Assembly (NCBI GenBank): GCA_009103225.1 | Contig: RHPI01002112.1 | Location: forward strand, 280,150 to 344,149 | Direction: 5' to 3' | Source: Chlorokybus atmophyticus | Lineage: Eukaryota > Plantae > Mesostigma and Chlorokybus algae | DNA length: 64,000 bases | Shown here: piece after piece, positions 10,905-22,632 of the stretch | How positions within the stretch are numbered: position 1 is the stretch's first letter | How the letters are laid out: every line of letters begins with the position of its first letter | Position numbers and translations under genes: made by a program | Notes under the pieces: generated by a model | Databases searched by the model: none | What the model was told of the DNA's origin: nothing | The model's input: only the letters and a program-made list of their open reading frames with translations

Positions 10905-11480
10905 CTAAGGTACGACTCCCTTGTGTTCGGAGAGGTGGAGGCCGTAACGCAGGGTGGAGTTGGTGCTTCTGATGGGGACGGTAGAAAAGGTGTACTGGGA
11001 GGAGTTGGAAAGGCGCAGTGGGATGGCTGCCGGAGTGCCATCGCCTTGGTACCAGCGCGGGCGAAAAAGGGCTTGCTCTGTCCAGGTGTTGATGGTGGTG
11101 CCGATGGGAAACAGTGCCTCCATGCCAATGAGTACGTCAAACATTTCGCCGTCGGTTACCAGGCAGAAGACGCCAAGGACGGTGGTTTGTTCGCGCTGTA
11201 GTCCAGTAAAGCGCAGGTTGACGCGCTGGCGGGTTTCCCCTCTGGTGCTCTGCACGACCCCTTGAGCGGTGCGAATCTCATGGGTCGCAGGGTTCAGGTC
11301 CTGAGTGCGGATGCCTAAGCGTTCTGCGGCGCGTCTGCCCATGATGACAGGGTGTGCCCCGGTGTCGAACAGCACATGTCGTGGGGTCCAGGCGTGGTTG
11401 GCAAAGGTGACATGGCCGAGGCGGTTGTTGACCATGCCTATGTTAGGTCGACAACGTCGACGGTCCAACATGCGTGGTGG
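10905..11480 (-). CDS. Retropepsin-like aspartic protease of the Gypsy element
   Basis: HVLFDTGAHPVIMG (DTG at 11358-11366) and FDVLIGM flap-side motif. Confidence 0.88.
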   Translation of the reverse strand, partial: PPRMLDRRRCRPNIGMVNNRLGHVTFANHAWTPRHVLFDTGAHPVIMGRRAAERLGIRTQDLNPATHEIRTAQGVVQSTRGETRQRVNLRFTGLQREQTTVLGVFCLVTDGEMFDVLIGMEALFPIGTTINTWTEQALFRPRWYQGDGTPAAIPLRLSNSSQYTFSTVPIRSTNSTLRYGLHLSEHKGVVP

Positions 11481-11491
11481 CCCGTAAAGGT

Positions 11492-14400
11492 TCACGGGGG
11501 ACTGTCCCGTGGGGGCGATGGGCAAAATGTCGGCGAAGGCACCGAAGTTAGGGCAACCGACACGATGCGTGACCCACCCTGCTCGTTTGAGGGTGGTGGT
11601 GATCGTGGTGCAGAGCTGGGCTGACCTGGGTCGTTCTCTAGTAGTGGACGGTATCTTGATGCCACGTCCATTGCCAGGCGAAGAGCTTCCGCAGTGATAG
11701 CGCGCTGCCAATTATGAGCCCGGTGGTCCCCGTAGGTGGCCACTGGCAGAATAGGGAGCAGCCGTACGTGCGCTGCTACCAAGTCCAGCTCTGCATCGGT
11801 GAGAGGGAGGACATAATGGCTGTCCTGCAGGACTTGGTCGGGTATGCCGGTGCCTGCGAGAAGCTCTGTCTCCACCTGTAGGCGGAGGTCCCTGGTATCT
11901 GCATCGTCCAGGTGAAGCTGAGAGGAGTTCCGTATCTGCTCCTCGTCGCGCCGGTTCTCCCAGTGAAAGAGCCTGTGCACGTCAGTAAGGTGTCGTGTAG
12001 TAGCAGAGCTCCGCTCGTAGGCTGGCATAGTGGGTGGCAATGAGTCCCAGTAGTTCAGCGCCCGTTCCAGCAACTGGGGTAGCCTGACGGTAGCCAGATC
12101 CTCGCACCATGCTTTTGGGTTGACGAACAGCCGGGGGTCCAAAGAGTGGTTTCGTGTGGCCAACCATTGTAGGAGAATATCTAACTCGGGCTCCGCAATG
12201 CCGCGACCCAACGCCACCACATCACCCAAAGGCCCTTCATGACGTGCCAGGTGGTATCGGAGCCGCTCCAGGCGTCTGCGAGTTTCCAACTGACGCTGGC
12301 CGGTGTGCTCGGCGTGATGCTCCAGTACTGCGCCTGAGCCGAGGATGGCAAAAGCGACGAAGATGCCTCCCCTGCGCCAAGGCGAGTCACCCGAAGTTGG
12401 ACTGGTCTGACCCTCCCCCCCCCCCAACACGGGGTGCGAGGGAGAGGCGCAGGGCATGCTGCGCGTCGCGCTCTGTGGAGTCGCGTGCAGGGGCGCCCTG
12501 TAGCAGCTGGCGCTGGCGAAGCAGCCACAGGAAACATCGGATGCGGATTGCATGTGTGGCCCAGTCTTCGGCCGCCACAGCAGGGTCCAGGCTAGCAGAA
12601 TACTGTCGATGGTGAGTTGCGCGTGTAGGGCACAGCAGGGCTTCATGGAGGATCTTCCTTCTGTGGTGTGACGGGGGCCACCAAAGGGGATGGCAGGTAA
12701 ACCATGGAGGACTGCCGGGTGCGCGCAGCGTCCTCGACAGGTGCGGGCGTGGGTTGAAGCGGCGTCGTCTGTGCGTGCGGTAACTCGAAGCCAGGCTCAG
12801 GCGCAACGAGCCAGGAACTTTCACCTGGAAAGCGCTCCGAAGCGTTGCCTAAGGGTGAGCGAAGCTGGCTGAGGTGGTGCAGCCGTATGCATGCTCGGGC
12901 CCGAGCGCGTTCGCGTACGTAGCGCATGGGAGGCTGCGTACCATCGTGAACGTCCTGCCAGATGGCTGTCAACTGATGCATTTGCATGCGGTAGTACTCG
13001 AGCTCCGGGGCGTTGCTGGGCAGGTTGCCCATGATTTGTTGCAAGCGTAGCGTCGGCAGGTGGCAGGATAGGGGGTATATCAGCCTCGCGGGGAGACGAT
13101 GGCGGCAACAGGGCCTTTGGGTGCTGTGCAGCGGCGCGAGCCTGTGCGCTAGGGCGAGGATCTTCCTCAAGTGGGGGCAAGGCGAAGGCTGCGGGTAACT
13201 GAGTTGTGGGTGCATCGAGGATGAACTCGTCTAGTGTGTCTCGTGTGGCCAGAGCGATCAGCCACCGCCGAGCAAGAAGGTGAAGACGTCCAGGAGGTTC
13301 GAAGGCGTTGTCCTGACGAACAAGCATGCCTTCAAGGACGTCGCGAACGACGCGGTGTTCCTGGTCGCTCAGCGCGGCAAGACGTCGTCGCTGTCGGGCA
13401 GACAAATGGGCATTAACGGGAACCAAGTGCACCTGTTGTCCCAACTCACGCACGAGGGTGGTGGTGAGCTGAGTGAGGCCAGCATGGTCGTCATCCGGCA
13501 GAACTGAGTCAGGGGGTGCGGCCAGCAATGGGTCCCCTTGCGTGTCGTCCAAAGCTTGCAAGGCCCAGCGTTCCACATTGTCTGGGGAGGCCCAAACCAA
13601 CGGCCAGGGTGCTTCCTGTAGGCGGTAATTGAGCCTTCGCACGAACTCCTGACGCCGAGCGTGTGCAGTGGGGGCAGCTGCGCCGGCTCCTAGCAGCTGG
13701 CGTTCCAGAAGGAGAGTGGCCCAGGTGTCCTCGTAGCATGCCACCATGCGGCCCCAGCGATGTAGTGCACCGCCCTCGGTGTGAGTACGAGGGAAGACAC
13801 GTAAGTGGATGGGACGAAGGGGTTGCAGAAATGCATTGTTGGGGAGCCAGGTGACGGACAGTTGAGCAAAAGATATGCGAAGCCGGCCCAGCTGTCGTGA
13901 CCAGTTGGACTCCGCCAAGGTGCGTCGTCCCGCAGTGGTGTTGTCTGTCAACGACAACATCCAATAAAAGGCGCTGGCTAGTGTGGAAGGCGGAAGGTGA
14001 TTTGGAAGCTGCCGCAACAGGTCACGCAGAGGCGGATGGTCCTGGTCGTCCTCAGGGCGTGCGGCTTCGGTGAGCACATCGTCCACCAGTGCCGCAAGGT
14101 GTGTCCGAATCCATTCCCGCAGGGCTTCTGCCTCTAGAGGTGTTGAGGCGGCATTGAAGTAGGCGGCGGCAAGCTGGTGCACAAAGGCGGTGGTGTGGGA
14201 CACCAGCTCTCCGACATGCCGTGGCAGCTCCTGAGGTTGCGGTGGCATGTTGCCAAGCGGCAGTGGAAGGCGTCTTGCGAGTGTTTGCCAGCGAGCTTGC
14301 AGCTGTGCCCAGCGTCGAGCGTTGCCGGCCAGACCTCGCTCCAAGTCAGAGAGAGTGGGTGCCCGAGACGTGGTTACTTGTGAAGTGGAGCCGACACGTT

Positions 14401-14500
14401 GCCGTTGCGCGGGAGGCGAGGGTGACCGATTGGGTGGAGGAGTGGACCGGCGACCTGAACGGGTAGCGGTGCCAACGATCCTGTGAGATCGGGCTGAACA
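11492..14500 (-). pseudogene. Large unrecognised coding block between nucleocapsid and protease, split across several frames
   Basis: Long overlapping minus-strand ORFs (12821-16003, 12643-13215, 12387-12824, 11492-12646) with protein-like, helical composition. No family recognised. Confidence 0.5.
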
Positions 14501-16176
14501 CGCGGCGAGGTAGTCGCAGTTGAGGAGATCTTCCAGTTCATCGCGGCGGCTGCGAAGGTCCTCGATCTGAGCCTGGAGGTTGTTCTTTTCCCCCTGTAGG
14601 TCAGGTGCGCGAATGGCAGAGGCGACTTTGGCAGCGGTCTTGGCTCCTAGCTTGCCGTGGACGGGTGGGTTGGTCCTACCCTTGCCTTTGCCCCTGCTAT
14701 CGGTGTTGCCGCCAAGGGGTGAGATGAAAGGTGCAGGCCTCAAGGCGGACTTCAGCTCGGGGTGAAGGGTGTAGCAGACGGATTCGACGTGACCGTCTAT
14801 GTCGCAGTGGGTGCAGCGGACATTGGTGCGCTGTACAGGGCACTCCCGCATGATGTGGCCTTCTTTGCTGCATCGGTGGCAGACCACAGAGGTGCTCTCA
14901 CCAGGACGGGTTACTGCGTGAGCAACGCGGAGGTGCCTGGCCGTGACGGTGGTAGGTGACGGCGTGGGCACGCTGCTGCGGCGCGAGAGGCCGCTGATCT
15001 CCAAGGCTGCCTGGACCTGTACGATCTCCTCCTGCCAGTGCACAGCGCGCATGTAGGCCTGGTACAAGGTAAAGCGGGAGGTGCCACGAAGATCGGTCTT
15101 GATGTGTTCTTGAAGAGTGGAGTCAAGGTTCTCCACGTAAATGATGGCCAGGTGCTTGGGGTTTACCAGGGTTTGGCCGTCGATAGTGGTCTCGTCCACC
15201 AGCTTGACAACACGTTCGTACATCTGAACAGGGGTCTCCTTGGGTTTCCTCCTAAGGCGAACCAGTTCCTGTGCCTTCTCAGCAGTGTAAGAAGGGAAGC
15301 GCTGGTTGAGGTGTTGAACCAAGTCTGCCCACGGTGACAATCGTGGAAGGGACGTACGGTCATCTTCTCCAGCAGGTGGGTGACGTACCGAAGGGGTAGT
15401 GGCAGCTGACATGGATGCCACCAGGGCGGTGGCGAAAGCGGTGGCTGCTTCAGTGCAACGTCGAGCGTAGTCCTCGTTAGACTCCTGCTCCAGCGCCGCG
15501 GGTGCCACGAAGGTGGTGTTGGTAGTGGTGCCGGAAGCACTACTGCTGGTGTCGCCCACCTCGCCTTGAACTGCCATTCCTGCTTGCGCCACGCGTAGCG
15601 GGATGCGTGAGCCCAGAGGTGACGCTCGAGGAGCGCCAAGGCTTTCAGCGGCGGAGATGAATGGCCCAAGCCCGGGGCTGGACCGAAGAAGACGCTCATC
15701 CTCGAGGAGGTCATGAGCGGTGGCAACTTCTTGCCAGACAGCTGCGGCGACGTCGTCAAGGTATTCTGCAGCCAGGATGAACTTCTGGTCATCGTCCCAG
15801 TTGAGGCCTGCACGAAGCTTGACTGGGAGGACGATGGCGCGGAAGCGATTAACCCATTCCCGCAGGGAGAGGGAGTTGGGAGCACTGGTGAAGCCAGCTT
15901 CCTGGTGTTGCTGCCGTTGGCGACAGGGTTGATGCGGTTGACAGATGTAGTTGCCATGTCTCCTTCGCTGTCGGAACTGAAGTCGCTGTAGGAAGGGAGA
16001 CAATTGTCTGAGGAAGGAGGCGCCGCGCCGTCGATGGTGCTCGTCTCCTCAGATGGTTCAGGGGAAGATTCCGGGGCTGTGTACGTCACAGGAGTGATGG
16101 GGTCAGCCCGCCTCGACCCTCTGAACGTCCTAGCTCGTCGCGCTCCCCAGCCAAGTCCTTGACTCCTTAGACGCAT
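14500..16176 (-). pseudogene. Gag (capsid-like core plus two CCHC zinc knuckles), with a frameshift near 15900
   Basis: Starts MRLRSQG. Core EWVNRF...LDDVAAAVW...LNQRFP...RRKPKETPVQMYER. Knuckles CHRCSKEGHIMREC (14840-14881) and CTHCDIDGHVESVC (14774-14815). Confidence 0.85.
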
Positions 16177-16253
16177 GCACCTACACGCGAGAAAAGCACG
16201 AACGAGGCAAAACCCAGCGAGAGCACACTCTGGGCGGTGACTAGATGTTGTGG

Positions 16254-16267
16254 GGGAAGTCGCAAGT
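16254..16267 (-). promoter_or_regulatory. Candidate primer-binding site complementary to the element's own LTR (self-priming type)
   Basis: ACTTGCGACTTCCC on the minus strand, 1 nt inside the inferred LTR border. It is a perfect 14-nt complement of LTR positions 16688-16701. No TGG-initiated tRNA-type PBS is seen at this position. Confidence 0.55.
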
Positions 16268-16268
16268 C

Positions 16269-16993
16269 AACAAGCTCCACATAGGGGATGGCTTGAGAAA
16301 TGCACACAGCAGTCACACTATGCACTCGTGGTATGTTTTAGCTAAGTGAAATGAGTTTACACGCTGCAAGCTCCAGGCACACATGTACGAGCAGGCACAG
16401 TTGCGACAACATTGGCTGACCGCTGTGCGCGAGCAATGTGGCAGCAATGGAGGAGATGCGGTATGCAGGCAGCAGACGCGGTGACCACAACCACAATAAC
16501 AAACACCTACACCTTTGAAGAGCTTTAGCAAAGTCAAGTCTGAGCAGTGGTCTGCCAAGGCAGGGTGCCCACTAGTAACACACAACCCACAACTGGTGCT
16601 AAGCAACACAACCTAGTCGCACTACTTCTACGTGGTCAGCTGGTCAGTTTCCGGCAGTGTCACCGCCGCTTCGGCTCCAGTCCATTCACTTGCGACTTCC
16701 CGCCGACGCGTCCTGCGGGGAGTCCCTTTTGTAGTTGTCGGCACTGCCATAGACCCTGGGTCTTGATTGGCGGAGGTCGCCGCTGGCAGTCGACGCGGCC
16801 CGCCGCTATAGATGGCGGCGGCGGATTAGATGAGGCCAGGGTTGGCACGCGGCGCGCTTTGAAGGGTAGTCCGGAGTACTTGGTGATAGCGGCTGCCTCG
16901 AGTGGATCGGTGGATCCGGATGTCGATGAGGCAAACTGCTGCTTGAGGGGCTGTGCGAGGGGGAAGGGCGTGCCGAGGGCTGCTAGTGCGACA
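16269..16993 (-). repeat. 5' LTR
   Basis: Direct repeat of 4479-5197. The 12 nt at the inner border (16269-16280) match the other LTR only partially. Confidence 0.9.
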
Positions 16994-19373
16994 TGTATGG
17001 TGATCATGGGGCAACTGTGAGCTGTTCATGGCACTTTATGTCAGTGTAACAACTGGTTATCTATTGAATGTGTGCCATTGTATGTCTGCTACAGACAGCA
17101 GTAAGCTGTTGATGGCAACCTGTATTGTCATGTGTTGAACACTCCCAACAGTTTTAAATTAATATTTGGTTAAACTTGTTTGCCTATGAATATGACCTTG
17201 TGTCCATGTTGATGCCTCCGAGGTAATAGGCCTTGGTTAGATACTCCCGAGGTGGAGTTCAATGATCCCTATGTCGGAAAGTGGCATGTCACAGATCAGC
17301 GCACATTGACAAGGCCTTGTTGGCCTTGAACACCGTGTGCCAGGTCCGGGAGCGACATGTGGTATAAAGCTAAGTTGCAACCTTATGTGGGGATCAATGC
17401 ATCACTGTGTGTGTCTTGACCTTGCGAGAGGGCCACTTGTGCGTGGGGTGCCTGGCTAGTAGCTGTTGAAGGGGCTCTCATCCCTTGTGGGGTGTGCTAG
17501 CGTATGTGTGTGTGCGCGCCACTTTAGGTGCATGCGTGTGTGTGTGCCTGCGGCTAAAGCTGAGTGGAGGGGCGTGTGGTTATCCTTCTTTCGTGTGAGT
17601 ACTTGGCGTGGAAAGGTGTTTCGAATGTGGGTGTCCTCTCCTTCCAGTGGTGCAATAACCCTCATGTAAGGTGGTGCGCCGATGGTGGCTAGTGGGTCTT
17701 CCATCCATAATGTGTCCCAAGTCCTTATGCTTGTGCATATGTTGCCAAGCCAACCAGCAAGTAAGTAGGTGTGGAAACGTCACAAATGCACACTTACCGA
17801 TGACTTGTCAACCTTGCCGTCTACGCCCTTTCCATGTTGTTACATTAATGTCATGATAGGCTGTCATTGCATGTTGTGCAAGCCATACGCAACGATCGCA
17901 TCCATCACATACTCACATGACATGAGTATGTGACGGGATTGTGGCAGCGCTAAAGCATAAATGTGGAGATTAAGTAGATTTTGGCCCCAGAGCAGGCGTA
18001 CACCCTGCTCTGTTTGGCCAATGTTTGATCGAAGTGATTCCTGACAGTTGCATACACATCATATTGGCTCACGCATACGTACATACACCAATAGCCGTTA
18101 AGTTATTAAGCATAAACAATAAGCTTATTCAGATGCCTGAGAGGCGCAATTGAAATTGCTTTGAGTTGAGTTGAGTCGAGTCGAGTTTGGAGAATGACAA
18201 TGAAGTATGTGCGAGGTGGAAGAGGCGCTTAAAACTTGGCCTATGGCTCATTGAGCGAGCTAGGGATTAAAGGGTATCACGCTTGCTGTTAAGGGGAAAG
18301 GCCGCGCGCACGCTGAGCTGCCTCTCCCAAGCCGATCAAGCGTGAGAGAGGCAGTGTTAAGGGAGAGAAAGATGCTGCATTGAAATTTAAATGAGTTCAA
18401 GAGACAAAGGCAGCATTGGAGCTGAAGCTCGATTTGTTGATGAATAAACGATCTCTACTCGTAATCAGAGACTTGCGAGTTAGCAAGATCGCTCTCACAG
18501 ATATGCGATATTGGTAAACCTACTTCCGTTGTCGTACCATATATCTCAGTACTCGTGTTGGCAAAGCACGCTAAGTGAGGTGATCCAACTTGACCACATC
18601 GTCCCTTACCAAAAGCCCTACCCTCAGCCTTTCTTGCCACCGGCGCCACAATCACAATTTTCAAGGTTGATAAGGCAGTGAAGAAAAACAAGTGACAAAA
18701 ACATTGTCACTTAATGTCTTTCAAGAGCGTACGTGCTACTTGTAGATTGAATATCTTTAATACAGATTTTTCAGATATATGGAATAAGCGGATTTTTGGC
18801 GTACAGTGCGAACACTTGCGTGTTATTGTTGTTCAAATTGCACACTCAACGCAAATTTGTGCATCTGCCTATCCCTACTCTTGACCACTATAACGTTAAC
18901 AATTGTAGGCATTACGAAGCATAATAGCACAATTCTTTCACCTCCCATGCAGAGGGAAGGACATTAAGTCGCAACGAAGCGGTGCCCGTGAGAGGGCTAG
19001 GCACAGCTTCAAAAGAATTGGGACACATCACGATAAAGCCCAATATGCGCTATACAACCACCACCTCGTGCTCTTGCTTCTAGCACTGCCATAGGGTCTA
19101 GGCGCCACCCGCTGTCGCACGTGAGCGCACATATTGAAGCAACCAAGACCAGCTCTCTTTGGTGTCAATACCTACGTATATGCTTTACTAGATTACTTAC
19201 ACACCATCAATGCTTTGTCTATCTAAAGCAAGCTGGCAAACCAAAAGATTTTCTACAGGCTGGCAGGGTAGATGCAGCCAACCCACTACAAACCCCGATA
19301 TCTGCTCGAGACTGTTCGGTGTAGTACTTGACGCACACCGTCTCAGAGTGAGGTATGCCAATTATCTTCTCTT

Positions 19374-22300
19374 CTACGTTTCCGCGCATAGTACGATCTC
19401 TACTGACCCATGGGTCTCATTGCCAAGGTGCTTGCGCACGTCAACCGCATCCTCCCGCACAAAGCTACCACCCCCGCCGCCTCCTTTGCCACCACCACCG
19501 CCACTATAACCTCCGCCGCCGCCACCGCCCTTCAACCCGCGGCCACCACCACCACCAAACCCTCCGCATTCACCTCCGGCAGCACCACCAGCCATAAAGG
19601 ACCGCGCGCCGCTACCCTCCCCTGTTACAGCAACCAACAACTGTGTCAACTGCCTGTTGGCTACTCCTTATTGTCTCGCATTTGTGAACACGTTGCTGTG
19701 ATTGGGTAGTACAGCACAGCGTGTCACAACAGAGCAAAACATGTGTGCAGCGGGTGCTATGCACACATGAAAGAGTTGGCAAGGTCACCTGAATCATGGT
19801 TGCTATGGAAGTAGCCGCCGCCACCACCACCGCCACCGAAACTGTGTGCAGTGCTTCCAGCACCCCCTCTCCTGCCGCCTTCGCCATGGGTGCCGGAGTC
19901 TACGCATGTCCCATTTTCATCCAGCGAGGCATCTGTGCCATCTGGAAGGGGGCAAAGCTATCAGACAGAACAACACATGTACCAGCCAAGAGGTTCATCA
20001 CTTGAACTAATATACTACTGCTGCTGTAACACTTGATCACAATACCTGGATCATTCGGTTGACCTCGTGTCCCACCACCTCCTCCGGCAACTATCAACGG
20101 GTTCTGCTTGCCATTGATAGAAACAAACGTGCCACCACCTCCTCCAGAGTCCCCACCCTTGCTCTTGGTGGACATACCACCACTGCCATGAGCACGCAGT
20201 CAGCCTTGAGCTACTATTGTAACCATGCAATAAAGACACGTGCATGCAACCAACAGTCACCTGAGTATTTCCAGACGGTCCCCTTTTTTCAGCCTGAAGC
20301 AACCAGAGATAATGGCCCCTCTTCCACCTCTCCTGTGCTCCCCATCCGCCGCCTTCGCCCCCCTCGCTGTAATCCTGTACAACCCGTTGTAGGGTACAGT
20401 GAACTCTTCAATGTGCCCGCAGTGCTCAAACATTTGTCTAACGCTGTCCGCGCCTCGCGGGATGAACCTCCTGCCGGTTGCTTCTACTGTGGCCGGATTG
20501 GCTAAGTACATGAACACTTCCAGGAGATGCTCGTTGAATGCTGGGCACTTTGTCGCGACGGGGTGGCGAGCGATGGCTGCCAAATCTGCTGCGTCTATCA
20601 CCGGCCACCGTATGAGGCGAAATATGTCCTCAAGATGGATCTCTCTACCTGCATCTGCCTCTACCCAACACATCACAGCCTGCATGTGGAAGTAGTCAGC
20701 AAAGTAAGCCAGCATTCATCTGCACACAGTTTGAATAACCAACACGCTGCCTTACCTGGAACGCATCCAACTCTAGTTCTACGTTCAAATCATCTCGCGA
20801 CAAGATGTGCTTTACATGCTCCACTCCAAGCCGCAAGAAGCCTTCGCTGGCTGCCACAGTGTCAAAAGAGCTCACAATGTGCAAAAGACACTCCTGCTCT
20901 AGGTCCTTCATGCCATAGTACGTGGCCTTTATAAGAAGGTCGCAGCAAGTTTTGTCATTGACAGCGCTCGCCAAATAGCTGTCGCAGAACGCCACCAATC
21001 TGTCAACCTGCAGATCATGATTATTCAAGGTTAATGTCCAATCCGTGTGCAGCTGGTTGAGGAAGTTGTGACGATGCATGGCGACACCGAGGTCTGGAAC
21101 GCATAATCACTCAGCACCAGCAGCAAATCTTGGTGTCAGTGATGGGTTGCAAGCTCTGGCGCTGATATGTAACTCACCACGGCCAGAGCTAGTATAGACC
21201 ATTTTTGGCTGTTTATCATGTCGTACCTGAAGTCGGTCAGCAATCACTCGCACATCTACAGCACTCTCAGCTGGCACGGCTAACTGTCCACTGTACATAA
21301 ACTGCAGAACGGCAACAAACGCAGCAGCGTCCATGTCTTTTAGTTCAACTTCTCCAACTTCTGCTTCTCTCATACCACTGCGACATGCCTAATATGAGGT
21401 TGTTGCCATGTGCAGTAATGATCTTTGGCAGTGACACCTAACAGGCGCACTTTGAACAAGGGAATATTTACCTTTGGAACATGCAGCGGAAGACATCACT
21501 GTGCATCATCAGAATGGCTTTGTGTGCTTGGAACCGCTCTCCGTCAACTATAATAGTTGTGTCACTGCACAAAGGATCCTGTACTGCACAGCGTTAGTAC
21601 CAGTACGGGCACAATCTACCAATACCGCAGGGGGAGGGGGGGGGGAGCACCCCAAATTATGGCACATTACTCGGCCACCATGACACTACGGAGCTGTGAC
21701 AACGATGGAGCTGTGAGCTTGACCACACAAAACGGGTCTAGTTAGAATAGACCGATGCACAACAGCCACAAACTTCAGCCTTGTTGATGAATGAGTAGTT
21801 CAAAGATGGGCAGGTGGCAATGTGCAATGCAAAACAGTGCCATCAAGCTGTGATTCAACAACAAGGGTCAAAGTGGAGCAAATTGATGTACAGTTGACAG
21901 CTACTCAGTTTTGACTGATCACTGAATTGAAGCACGGATGGGCGAGAGCCCGTGCAAGCCAAGCTGCTCTGGCCAGCGCACTGTGTGCAATCCGGGTAAG
22001 TCTGCACTTGTTGCACAGAGCGCATACACAACGCAGCAGACAGATTGGCAGCTGTCAGTCCCAGCAATGGACATCAAGCGATCGCCTGCGCAGCCTACTG
22101 CAATGGCGAAGTGTTCAATCCTGCTATGCAAACACTCCTTGCTATGTGACTGTGGTGGCAGCTGAACTGTTCTCATACAACTTCAGGTAACCAGCTAACT
22201 GATAACTGCTCTACACGCTTTTGACAGCGCACTGCCGCACGAGAGCAAACACTGTCATAGTCGTTCGACATCAGGCTGAAATGCTCATTCACAGCACTGT

Positions 22301-22479
22301 CGCACACATGCCTTGAAGCACATAATGCCCTTCTTAACTGCATACCTCAAGCAGCTTGCTCAACCTAGAGAGGACATAATCAGGGTCGTAGAGCGAAGCC
22401 GTGTGAGGAGACCCGCCCATCTCCCTCATGGAATGCGAGAGACTCTTGCGCAGGTTCGCAGAGGCTCCCCAAGCCGCCA
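19374..22479 (-). CDS. Multi-exon BTB/POZ-BACK protein with C-terminal ALK/LTK-like glycine-rich domain
   Basis: BTB: DTTIIVDGERFQAHKAILMMHSDVFRCMF, GMREAEVGEVELKDMDAAAFVAVLQFMYSG. BACK: FLRLGVEHVKHILSRDDLNVELELDAFQAVMCWV. Gly-rich: FTVPYNGLYRITARGA...GAIISGCFRLKKGDRLEIL, GGGGGTFV, PLIVAGGGGG, GGFGGGG, GYSGG, GGGGSF. GT-AG introns. The start at 22479 is inferred. Confidence 0.82.
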
Positions 22480-22623
22480 TTGCGACTCAACTTTGCCACA
22501 CCGACGCCTTGTGGCAAGTCACGCTAGCCCCGCTCCATTCACCCAACCGCCAGCTGTCGTTAGCATTGCCGAACGCCATCAATCAGCAGGCAGCTTCGCC
22601 GCCGCCCCATTGTGGACGCGGAT

Positions 22624-22632
22624 TTAGGGTTT
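22624..22632 (-). promoter_or_regulatory. Telo-box upstream of the BTB gene
   Basis: TTAGGGTTT on the + strand, about 150 bp upstream of the inferred ATG. Confidence 0.4.

Larger units (their letters stand above)
4479..16993 (-). mobile_element. Full-length Ty3/Gypsy LTR retrotransposon encoding gag-(unknown)-PR-DNMT-RT-RNaseH-IN-PHD; decayed copy
   Basis: Two LTRs about 98% identical, element termini TGTCG...CGACA, 4-bp TSD TGTA at 4475-4478 and 16994-16997, and domain order PR-RT-RH-IN typical of Gypsy. Several stops and frameshifts are present. Confidence 0.93.

Noticed and set aside
16255-16281. tRNA-type primer-binding site (TGGAGC...)
   Set aside because: The TGG falls inside the aligned LTR end and I could not match it to a tRNA 3' end by eye. 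The self-complementary 14-mer fits the position better.
4479-16993. DIRS/Ngaro-type element with split repeats
   Set aside because: No tyrosine recombinase. There is a DDE integrase, TG...CA termini and a 4-bp TSD.
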